Below the pieces are notes generated by a model. It was not told where the DNA came from, made no database searches, and saw nothing but the letters and a program-made list of their open reading frames with translations. From Octopus bimaculoides (Eukaryota): 64,000 bases of DNA. The position numbers and the translations under genes were made by a program. The stretch spans positions 31,186,369-31,250,368 of the forward strand of contig NC_068983.1 in the NCBI RefSeq assembly GCF_001194135.2, read 5' to 3'. This document shows, piece after piece, positions 52,929-64,000 of the stretch (positions are counted from its first letter, which is position 1; each line of letters starts with the position of its first letter).

Positions 52929-52972
52929 GGGGGGGGGGGGGCGGTTAGAATTTTCTTCATGTTGAGTAGCCC

Positions 52973-53006
<34 letters not shown>

Positions 53007-53009
53007 CAT

Positions 53010-53145
53010 TATTATTATTATTATGTGATAGAGGGGTAAAATATACGAAGCCTAGTATACCCATCATGACTACCCGTCTGATAAGGATACACCGGGCACA
53101 TGCATCACAACTATATGTGCGTGCCATGATGATCTCATCAGGGCA
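53010..53145 (-). repeat. Unclassified retroelement 3' end with (AAT)n tail
   Basis: TATACCCATCATGA is shared with ~17155-17170; embedded in (ATT)n. Confidence 0.55.
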
Positions 53146-53193
53146 TTTATTACTATTGTTATTATTATCATTATTATTATTATTATTATTATC

Positions 53194-53261
<68 letters not shown>

Positions 53262-53272
53262 GATTATTATTA

Positions 53273-53337
<65 letters not shown>

Positions 53338-53348
53338 TATCATTATGA

Positions 53349-53565
53349 AGAGGTTAGCTGGCAGAATCGTTACCGCGCCGGATGAAATACTTAGCGGTAT
53401 TTCGTCCGCCTTTACCTCTATTTAAGTTTAAATTCTGCCGAGGTCAACTTTGCCTTTCGTCTCTTTCGGTGTCAATAAAATAGATACCTGTTGACCACTG
53501 GGGGTCGATGTTTTCTACTAGACCTCTCTCCCAAACTTGCTAGCCTTGTGCCAAAAGTTGAAACC
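53349..53565 (+). mobile_element. tRNA-derived SINE, full length, with (ATT)n(AGT)n tail
   Basis: Box A TGGCAGAATCG, core and 3' CCTTGTGCCAAAAGTTGAAACC. Confidence 0.88.
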
Positions 53566-53594
53566 ATTATTAATATTATTATTATTATTATTAT

Positions 53595-53651
<57 letters not shown>

Positions 53652-53825
53652 AAGTACTAGTAGTACTAGTAGTAGTAGTATGCATAAGGTGGCAACGTGC
53701 TATTTAAGGCGGCGAGCTGGCATCTAAGGTAGTGATCTGGCAGAATCATTAGTGTGTCGGACAAAATGCCATAATAATTATTAGCAATTACTTTAGCAGA
53801 TATTGCACGAAGATGGACTTAATAC

Positions 53826-54035
53826 AAGGCGGCGAGTTGGCAGAATAGTTACTGCGCCGAAAAAATTGCTTGGCAGCATTTCGTCAGCCTTTACGTTCCG
53901 AGTTCCATTGCCGCCGAATTCGACTTTGCTTTACATCTTTTCGGGGTCGATAAAATAAGTACTATTTGATCACTGGGGTCTTTCTGATCGACTTACTCCT
54001 TACCTCGAACTTGCTGGCCTTGTGCCATTATTTTG
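53826..54035 (+). mobile_element. tRNA-derived SINE, full length
   Basis: AAGGCGGCGAGTTGGCAGAAT head, CTTTCGGGGTCGATAAAATAAGTAC core and CCTTGTGCC end. Confidence 0.88.
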
Positions 54036-54299
54036 AATCCAGCCTTTCAATCCTGTTCAGACCAGCTTTTGCCTTTCAGTATTCTGGTGTTAATATAACA
54101 CCTAGGTTTTTTTTTTATATATAGTGGTTATTGTTAGCTACAGATCTGCTCAGACAGAACAACTTGTTCGTCTATTCAATAGATGATGGCCATAACATCA
54201 TAAATTAGATGTTAATGAGGGGGGAATTATATTTATTTACTTATCTCAATTTGTCAACGATTGCATTATAGGTTGCAAGTTTCCGAGGAGCGAATCTCT

Positions 54300-54720
54300 G
54301 CGTTATTGCATTTCTGGTGGCGAGTATGAAGGGACTATCTGTAATTCGATGTCCTTCATCCGAAGAGCTCCAGTTTTCTGCCACTGTTTGCATACTTCAC
54401 CGATAAATGTTGTCTTGGGTTAGACATTAAATTGCTTCCAGTAAGTAATAAGACTTCAAATCGGAAGTTCATGAGTTTGTGAGTTATGCCTTGGTTTCCT
54501 TTGCCCCCAGGCCCACTCTGAATTAGAGTGAAAGTACCTGGTCAACGGCTCCAGATATAGGTCAAATAGCAGAAGGTGGTCTCGTGGCAAACAGGACTCG
54601 GAGGAGTGTTGGCCCTTAGACGTGTGTCACACAGGCCCTCTTATATGTGGGCATGCCCTGATGTCAAATCAATCAGTTCCTCTTCCTAAGAGCAAAATAG
54701 ATTATATCTAATAATATTTA
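54300..54720 (-). mobile_element. Possible RTE-type LINE 5' region
   Basis: Reverse complement ends in PFILATRNAIT, resembling the LxIATWNVRT start of RTE APE domains; the upstream part is GC-richer and UTR-like. Confidence 0.33.
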
Positions 54721-54777
54721 TCTTTCACTGGGTGGAGTACTTGTTTTGTTAATCCCACCAATAACAGAATAGTACAT

Positions 54778-54855
<78 letters not shown>

Positions 54856-54913
54856 CGTGCGTGTTTGTGTGTGTGCGTGCGTGTGTGCACGTGCGTGCGT
54901 GTGTGCACGTGCG

Positions 54914-54951
<38 letters not shown>

Positions 54952-55084
54952 CGTGCGTGAGTGTGCGTGTTTGTGTGTATGTATGTATGTATGTAATCAT
55001 GTCTGTATATATGTAAGAATGTATGCACGTATGTATGCCTTGCTTTGCCTTATCCATTTCCTCCCTCAGTCCTGTGGGTCAGGA

Positions 55085-55740
55085 ATCATGGACGCACGCA
55101 TTATCACTCCATCGATTTCTGCTTCTGTCTATGGTCGATGCTTTCTCCCAGAGGTCGTCCAGGAGCTTTAATTTGTTCTTGTTAAAAGCTCTGTCTTTTC
55201 AGTTTGCATTGAAATACCTTAAGGCTGATCTTGCTGTCCCAAGTGGTACTCTCATTTCATAGCCTCCGTCCCATGATTGTTCTATGGTAATTCCTTGGCA
55301 CTGGATGTTGAGGTGTTATGGTGTTTTTGTCGCTGCCATGACTTTTGTCATGTTGCATTGATATCCTGCAGGTTTTCACTCAGTATACTGTCCTGTAATT
55401 TCGGTATCCCCACCCCTTGGTGATGTTGCGATAAGTTCTATATCGTTAGGAAATCGTTGATTATTGATGCTTTTGTCAGTAATGGTGATTCCTATTCAAC
55501 TAAGTTCGTCAAATGAATCTTCCATTGCATCTTCAGAATAAAAGTTGATGCATATGACTGAAGCAAGTCTATCTTCACGAATTTCTTTCTTGATATAAAA
55601 CCATTCAATGTTTTCTTCAGTGCACCTGAGAATGGACGTACTATATCAAACCACTGCCTGCAAATGCCCAGATATTCATTGACGTGACTAGATTTCTCGC
55701 AGTCAGGTTGGGTTTTAAAACCACTTTTACTCTTGCTGAA
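55085..55740 (-). mobile_element. R4/Dong-clade fragment (RT thumb region)
   Basis: RVKVVLKPNLTARNLVTSMNIWA; EAEIDGVIMRA (~ETEGLIxAAQ); begins at a (AAC/AAT)n run. Confidence 0.72.
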
Positions 55741-56178
55741 TTGATGTTGTTGTTGTTGTTGTTGTTACCGATACATTCTATGTGTGAAGTGTGACCATGT
55801 GGCCCTTTTTTCTCTCTTCCACCCCACTCCACTTCTCTCTTATGCTCTTTTATTATCTCTCTTTCTTCACCTTCTACTCTGTTTTCCAGTCAAACCTGTC
55901 TATATTCGTCTCCGTCTTTCTTTGCCCTGTATTTAGGACTGGCGGCATTTGTTCCTGTAACTGGATTATATGCTCGCGTAGTTGCTGTCTGCTAATCTCA
56001 TGAAACACGTGTAAATTATACACTCACACACGCTGCGCACGCGTGCACACACACATACACATACAGACAAAATAAAGCAACAGTTGTGAAATATATCAAA
56101 ATATATTTTACATAGCTCTAACATTCAATCGTGAATAGCCAAGGGCGAAAGTCGGAGAGAAGACAGTCAGCTTTTGAT

Positions 56179-56274
<96 letters not shown>

Positions 56275-56361
56275 TGTGTCTGTGCGTGCGCGCGTATGTG
56301 TATGCACGCTTGTGTTTATGTGTGTCTGTGAAAGAGAGGATAGAGATATTTACAGAGTAAT

Positions 56362-56405
<44 letters not shown>

Positions 56406-56589
56406 AGATAGAGCAAGCGGGAAAGATAGAGATGAAGAAACAAAGGATAGAGAATGCATCGACAAAGACAGATAAACATAAAGATAGCTTGATACATAGA
56501 TAAAGAGAAGTAGAAATTGCTTTTAATGAGAGAAAATCTGTATAGAAAGGTAGAAAAAGACAAGTGAAAATGAAAGAATATTGAGAAAT

Positions 56590-56774
56590 ATACATAGGAA
56601 GAAATACTCTGAAGCGAGGGAAAGTGAGAGAAACCAGAGAGAGAGACAGGCAGATAGAAGAGAGAGACAGAGAGATCAGGGAGAGAGAGAGAAACAAAGA
56701 GAGAGACAGAGACAGATCAGAGAGAGATCAGAGAGAGAGAGAGAGAGAGAGAGATCAGAGAGAAAGAGAGAGAG

Positions 56775-56829
<55 letters not shown>

Positions 56830-56830
56830 G
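56590..56830. repeat. (GA)n purine tract with GATCA/GACA interruptions
   Basis: Directly visible. Confidence 0.95.
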
Positions 56831-57627
56831 GAAGAATGAATGAAAAATAAACAACACAGAAATACTGAGAACTTACAAGTACGAATATTATAACGTAAGA
56901 AACAAATAATGTATATAAGAGGAGTACAAGAAAGTGTAAAAGAGAAGAAGAGAGAACGAGAAGGAAGCAAAGAGACAGACAGAGAGACAGAGAAAGAAAG
57001 AAAACGGATGAGTGAGTCGATAAGAAAAGCAGAACCAATAGGATTTTAATGATCCGAAGTTTAATTGCTATATTTAGCTGCAAATCCCTATTGCATTTCT
57101 CGTGCTTTGCCCTCGATCCGTACAGTCGAGACTTCTTCAATTGATATATCGAATTTATGAATCAATTTCGAGCATGTTCACCCTCAACCACTAACGATGA
57201 GAGAACCGTAGAATAAATGCGAATAAATTTATTCAGAAGAGATATTTAGAATTTAGCAAGCATTCAGAAGATTCGTTGCCATAGCAAGTTCTAAATAAAT
57301 CAGAGGAAGCAAGATAAAATACAATTTTCACAGAGGTCGCCAGATAAGTTTAACCCTTTGAAGTCTGTCCTTTTAAAGTTGTGAAGAAGTAATTAATTAC
57401 GTGATAGATTAATTGTTTGATCAATCGATCGGGTGGTTGGTAGATTAGTTAAATTCTTCTGCTAATTAATCTTTATTTAATAATTAATATTTCTAGGTCA
57501 TGTATTAGTTTATCAGTTGACTCGTGACATCTATCTTCTATCTTTCTAATTCTCTTCTTTTCTCTTCACACACACACACACATATATATATGCGCATACC
57601 CACACATACACACACACACATACACAC

Positions 57628-57682
<55 letters not shown>

Positions 57683-57683
57683 C

Positions 57684-57714
<31 letters not shown>

Positions 57715-58122
57715 NNNNNNNNNNNNNNNNNNNNNNNNNNNNNNNNNNNNNNNNNNNNNNNNNNNNNNNNNNNNNNNNNNNNNNNNNNNNNNNNNNNNNN
57801 NNNNNNNNNNNNNNNNNNNNNNNNNNNNNNNNNNNNNNNNNNNNNNNNNNNNNNNNNNNNNNNNNNNNNNNNNNNNNNNNNNNNNNNNNNNNNNNNNNNN
57901 NNNNNNNNNNNNNNNNNNNNNNNNNNNNNNNNNNNNNNNNNNNNNNNNNNNNNNNNNNNNNNNNNNNNNNNNNNNNNNNNNNNNNNNNNNNNNNNNNNNN
58001 NNNNNNNNNNNNNNNNNNNNNNNNNNNNNNNNNNNNNNNNNNNNNNNNNNNNNNNNNNNNNNNNNNNNNNNNNNNNNGATACGAGTACTCACAGTTTCGC
58101 GCTACATGAGATACTTCATACA

Positions 58123-58159
<37 letters not shown>

Positions 58160-58254
58160 GGAAAACAAAAATATTGAAGCTCAACTTTTCTTTGTACTTC
58201 TACTTATCTGCAAAAATTTATCTTCCTGCATATGTATACACACACACACACACA

Positions 58255-58286
<32 letters not shown>

Positions 58287-58514
58287 TACGTAAAGGTAAG
58301 ATTCAAGGATCAAGGTGTAGGAAGTTAGTGACCTTGAAGCAATCCGTAGAATATATTTAAAAAAAAAACTTTCGGGAACAATAGTGGTTTATTGGCGCAG
58401 GAAATTGTGAATTTTTCCCGTATCGAAGTACGATAAGCTGAAAAAAGTTAAGTTTGTAGTTCACGGTTAGCAATAGGGGTTGTTGTATATGCGAATAAAC
58501 ATCCAAAAAATAGG

Positions 58515-58842
58515 GGATGGAGTAGATAAAATCCAGGTTATATATGTTTCATAGCTAGCGGAACCTCGGAAGTAGTAAATTATCCAAACGAGTGGTACTC
58601 TTCAGGCCAAGGATACCTTGATTCGCTAATGTGTATTTCTCTAGAACTTTACTTTCTATACATTTTGCTCGAATCTCCAACGTGTTAACACGTGATCTCC
58701 TAACGACAATGTAAACTTCATATAATCAAAGTATCCTTGGCCTAAAGAGTAGCTTGTGGTCTACCCCTTGTTTGGATAATTTACTCCTCAGGCCCCGCTA
58801 GCTATGAAACATATGTAGCCTGGACTTTATCTATTCCATTCC
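58515..58842. mobile_element. Foldback inverted-repeat element (~110 bp arms, 100 bp spacer)
   Basis: 58515-58623 is the reverse complement of 58724-58842 with scattered mismatches and one ~11 bp indel. Confidence 0.9.
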
Positions 58843-60649
58843 GTAACATATATATATATATGCATGTACATACCTTTCCGTTGGAATATCTTTGTTTCTA
58901 CATCCATGTATCAATCCTGAAGGCATGCCTTAATAATTTCCTTCAGACATTATTTTAAACTATTTCTGTTTATCCACTCTAACAGTTTATACCTTCAGTC
59001 ATCTCAATATTTGATAAGTACTGGGAAGACTATTTCACCGAAGAGGTGTAATAAGACTTAAACATGTTTCCAATTGCCTCTATATTACTAAACATGAGAC
59101 TCACATCTCGCTATAGGCCCTCTTTCTACTTATATTGAAATTGCATTGATTTTAATTCGGATATATCCTCTGACTTTCTTGACTAGAATTTAATTAAACT
59201 CAATGTAAGCTTAATGATTAATTCTGATCAAGAAAGGCAGGTGTAATTTTAATCACTTAACTTTTTGGGGTCACTACATTAGATATGTTGTCGCCAACTT
59301 AGCTATATATAAAAATACTGCGTGTGAAACAGTACCTATCTTTTCCCATGCCACTTTCATTCACTTTTGATACGTTGTTTAATGTCAGGTCAACTCTAAT
59401 GAAACAGACCTATGAACATCTTATCTCATTTTCTGAAAATGCATCCATGACTACAGTCTCCAACTTTTCCTTCCTCGCGGACTTCTTTTCTTACATTTTC
59501 TTTTGCTAAGATGGCATGATGTAATTTTAGGGGGAAGTTGGTTGCTGTTTCCAGAAAGTCTGACAGGCATATTGAAGTTCCCCCTCTTATACACTAGGAA
59601 TATTTACAAAGTATGTTTTCTTTTTTTTTTCTGCAGAAATAAATGTCAGTGTCTAACGATATAAACATACTCAGTTGTTGAGATTTTAGACAACTTTATT
59701 ATGTACTGTATTTGCCGTCCATAAATTAAACGGATGATATTCGAGAAATCATAGTTGTTCACTGTTCTTGTACAGCATATTCAACTGAATTCAATGATTT
59801 CGAGACCTTTATTACTTTTGGTTTCTAACTTTTTGAAGACTCCGTTTTTACCAAGTGTAATCATTTCTTTATATAGATTACTTCACCATTATTGTGCTGT
59901 AGAATTTGTGAATGAAATTCATTAATATCTGTTGTGTACGTGACCTCCATTGTACAGCATTTGTTTCTCACTCCAATTTAAGTTTGTTTCCAAGTTTCTC
60001 GAATATGTCTTTAGTGTTTTACTAGTATTATTTTCTTGCAAGAAGATTTTCAAAGAAGGCAACGGCAGTGCACATCACTTTTTCTGTCAGGTTGGGGGGT
60101 GGGGAGGAAGAAATTCTAAATTGTAGGTTGTTCACCATTCGAATTCTTGCAAGAGTGGAATTCTCTACGGCACCCAAGACCAGGTGCTGTGTTAAACCGA
60201 GTGATGGGTTAAGTCTGCCACTCAATAACAAAAGCAATCTATCCGACAGGTTTCCACACTTTTTCGTCTGTACATATACTCTTAGAAGACTTAGACGGAT
60301 TCATTGCTGTGGTAGAAACACTTGTCCAGGATGCTGCGTAGTGGGTTCCAACCCAAAGCCACCTGGCAACCAAATGAACTTTTTAACCGCACAGCAGTAT
60401 CTAACGCAAATACATTATTTACTTAAACTAATTGTGATTACATCAGCGCAATTTTTCTTCAGAGAGGATTATAATGATTTTTGCTATAACAAGTATTATA
60501 CGAAGGTAATACTTTATCGACATTTTGGGGATTGAAGTGAGCAAAAACTTTCAGACGGCATTCTTTATAACCTTTTCGTGGTTCGAATGTATCAATATCT
60601 CTTATATTTATGAGCAGTTAAGATAGTTATCTACACAGCTCACAACAAC

Positions 60650-60693
60650 TCCTCTCTCCCCGCCTTTCTCTCTCTCACTTTCTCTCTTTCTCA

Positions 60694-60772
<79 letters not shown>

Positions 60773-60812
60773 TCTCCCTCTCTCCCTCTCTCTCCCTCTC
60801 TCTCTTTTTCTG
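60650..60812. repeat. (CT)n pyrimidine tract
   Basis: Directly visible. Confidence 0.95.
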
Positions 60813-61639
60813 TCTTTTGATATATGCTCCTTAAAAGGTTAAGCAATGTCTACGTTATAAATTGTTCTTCTAACTTGTTATATATATATATATATATCCG
60901 GCTGCTATGTCCACTGTGATTTCGCAAGATTTTTATTCTGGTAATTTGATCCAATAGATTTAAAATCGAGTAAGGGTTCTGTAACAAGAATTTAGTCGGT
61001 ATAGATCAGAACCTCTTTCTAAATATTCTAGTGTTTTATCTACTTTAAGTTTATAAAAGATGTACATGACTTATGTTGTAATCTTCACACATTTGTTTGA
61101 GAATTTTATTTTCTGAGCACACAGGAGAGAAAAAATTCACAGTTTTAGTATTAGAAACTGCTAGAAATAGTTGGTTCAATGTCTTGAAGAAAGAAATACA
61201 GGGAGATGGCAGTAAGCAGAGAATTGATTATAGCTAGAAGATTTGATAAGTGTGAAGGCAGATCTTTCAAGTCCTAAAGAACAGAATACAATATAGTGGC
61301 AATAAAATAAACTGAGAGAGTATATATACTGCACTGATAAAAGAGTGAAGAATATTTTCAGTTAGTGAGTTTTTATTTGTTTTTGAAAGAAGGCATGACA
61401 AAAGGTTTCGTAGTCCTATGCGCATCTTGGCTTGTTCGACATATTGATAACTTCACAAGTCTGTCCGAGATGCTGTGTACACACAACGGATAGTCTAGTC
61501 TGACAGCACCTCTGCGATTGGAGACTTTTTCTCTAATCAGTAGTACCCTTTAGAAGCATTACTTAGAATTTCTAAAAGTTACCCATCGTAATCTTTGACC
61601 CGGAAGCTCTTCAGAACAGACCAAGTAGCTTGTCCTAGT

Positions 61640-62400
61640 TGATGCTAATAGCTTCCTCGAACATGTCGCTATCTCCTACCACTAATCTTCTATATATTGC
61701 TAACGTGGACTCACACGGACTCCTTTGTCCGACTGGTAGAGGGTAGTAAATGCTTAACATTCCAGATGCCAGGAGACTATCTTGATCTTGGCTTGATTTA
61801 GGGATTGCAACGCTGTGAAAGAAACAAGCGGGGAGAAGACGTGCTTTTACAAACGTAGATCGCACTATATTGTCACCGAAGAATCTTTGTAGGTGGAATA
61901 TTCTCAGTGCACATACACAAACACGGAATGCCAAGCTCACCTTACAATGGGAATTGATAGCACGTGGAGAGCTTGAGAAGGGAAATGCGTCTCTTCCACT
62001 GGACGCAGAAGGATTCCAACTTGGTCAGTCGAAATCGGAGCAAGGCACAACGGATATAAGTTGTAATGAAGACGATGTAGGTATTCGCCACCTCAACCTA
62101 ACCTTTCAGCGACAGCCTCTTCTTGATCATTACTGAGCAAGGTTAGCCATCTTGCACGTAATCTAATCCTGGTTCCAGTCCCTCTGGAGGTCCGGACCGA
62201 AACAAGCTCCAAGCTCCGGTTCATCTTTTCCATCCCACGGGACGCTGTCTAACCGCATTGATTTGTTTCTCCAGGTACCAAGCTGCAAGACCACTGACTT
62301 GAACAGATTTGTTTTTGCTCTGAAACACACCTACATTTCTAGAGGAATGTTCCAAGGGAACTTCATTTTCCCACGCTTTGTTTAGCATTGATATATTTAG
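61640..62400 (-). mobile_element. L1/Tx1-clade LINE fragment (RT end and thumb)
   Basis: AKTN..KSVVLQLGTWRNKSM; FGPDLQ.DWNQ..KMANLAQ..RRLSLKG; VVPC; ELGIP..ALRIFHLQRF, recovered across frameshifts. Confidence 0.68.
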
Positions 62401-64000
62401 GCAACATGTTAAACACGACCTCAGATACAAAAGCTATGACAAGACAATTAAACATCCTTTGTACAAGGGCGGCACCAATTTATAGACTTGACATTATAAA
62501 CAACTGGGTACAACCGCTGCTGGCAGTACATGAATTTATCAGAAAAATAGATATGAAATTCCGACTGCAAAATGTGCTATGGAAACCTTCAAGTAAAGAA
62601 AATTAAGAACTCTAATATCATGTTAAATAAACTTAGAGAAGAGAGTTATACCAAACACAGACGTATAGGAGTTAATGAATTTGACACGGCATAACAAACA
62701 CGAACGAAAGTAAAGTTTAATACTTCAGAAAAAGGTGAAAGTTACTCAGATTTAAGTACCTTATTCTCTCTGTGAAACTTCAAGAGTTTAATCATGGTTT
62801 CGTGGAAGAAGAAAAGAAGGTAATGCAGTTTTCACGATAGTTACAACCGATAGCCGCAACTATTTTACAAAGGATGTGAGCTGTTCAAAAACCTTTGCAA
62901 GTCAGTAATGCTACTGAACGAGGGTAAGCAGAAAGGTCTCACTGCCTTACCCAACAGCACAGCTGACTGCTCCCCCGTGCTTGTAGAATAATGGGAGACT
63001 GTCAGTAGATTAGAAGAGGTGGTTAGATAGTGCATTGCGACCGACATACTTGTGGCGAAATTGGCTATTTGCTCGACTATTTCTGCAAGATAGTTTTCTG
63101 GAAGTTGCTCGAGAGATGAACCCCACTCGGAACACACCAACTAATTAATTTCATCGTTCTTCTTTAACACTATAGACTACCGAACTGTGGGCACTTGGCG
63201 ACATTCTTGATGTCAGTTGAGGTGCTCAGTTTTGGCCAGTGTTTGTCCTATCACCAGGTCAATCAAAACAGAAAAAAAAAAGAAAGAAAAGAGAAAGCGC
63301 GCGCACACGATAAATAGACAGATAACTAGATAGAGAGAGAGGGGGCAGAGAAACAGCTATTGTGAGAAGCACTTGCGAAAAGCGACCACACCTTAGAGTC
63401 TTTGTACATGTTGCAGTCTCATTTCATATCAGCATATCATTAGCTACGGCATACCACATCTATATTGTACTCTTTTGTTTTGGCTATTTTTAATTTAATT
63501 TCTAAGCAAAATACAACGATATATTGAACCTCCTTGTGCCAAATATCTGATCAAAAAATTTTTACGATCTCAGTATTTGCTCGTTCACTCTTCTGATGTC
63601 CATTCTCACTTTTCAGCTTTGGCAAAATATCTTTGTTTCTGAAGAGCCTGTTTTACTTATGCTGATTAATTATTTTTTAGTAGCTAGTATTTATTAATCG
63701 TTTTGGCCTGATTTTTTTGTCTTAGCTCTTCTTCAGCAACCTGGACCCTTCAGTGTATGATATCATTGTTTTTCACTGTATATCATTTTCCAAGATCATT
63801 ATTGAGCAGCTCAACTTAATTCTCAAATATTTTCCTTCATGAATATTTGACCCTTTTTTCTGCTTGATTTCAACTCCGAGAATTTCTACAGAAACAAAGT
63901 TGCACAGTAAATGAAGTCATCTACATGTTATATTCTCGACTTTGATTTTCGGGAAAAGTTTATCATGAATCTTTACTGCTCTTTGTAGTTTTCCATTTTT

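Noticed and set aside
57275-57288. GTTGCCATAGCAAG X-box-like motif
   Set aside because: Isolated, with no adjacent exon or promoter evidence; one such match can occur by chance in 64 kb.
59030-59075. CCGAAGA...AAACATGTTT hammerhead-like string
   Set aside because: G12 is missing, stem II is weak and there is no stem I.
60028-60535. 155 aa and 69 aa ORFs in GC-richer sequence
   Set aside because: No convincing motif; only faint Merlin/piggyBac-like words, so probably an unrecognised decayed transposon.
62865-63140. 91 aa ORF and a possible + strand mini-exon ending at AGG|GTAAGC
   Set aside because: Weak acceptor and no homology recognised.

Overview
Eukaryotic, AT-rich, repeat-saturated genomic DNA with 11 N-gaps, nearly all at microsatellites (short-read-type assembly). 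The SINE families and microsatellite load look like Octopus; this is an inference from recalled repeat sequences, with no database check. No intact protein-coding gene is supportable: every long ORF in the track is a microsatellite/N artefact or a decayed transposon frame. The window holds remnants of R4/Dong-type RLE retrotransposons (3 loci), a Penelope-like element (PLE) with RT-thumb plus GIY-YIG, RTE, CR1-like and L1/Tx1-like LINEs, a mariner with both TIRs, a nearly full-length Chapaev-type transposase, a hAT remnant and many tRNA-derived SINEs. The most interesting signal is RNA-level: several minimal type-I hammerhead ribozyme (HHR) motifs. They include a ~350 bp TSD-flanked inverted-repeat cassette at 7.7-8.0 kb with one intact-core and one G5A HHR facing outward, and two unrelated motifs that share a non-canonical CCGANGA (U4C) core. 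Three foldback cassettes share the same outward-facing geometry. A few weak exon candidates (43.7 kb, 47.7 kb, 31.7-32.4 kb) suggest the window may be intronic or UTR sequence. Boundaries of decayed elements are approximate and all alignments were made by eye.
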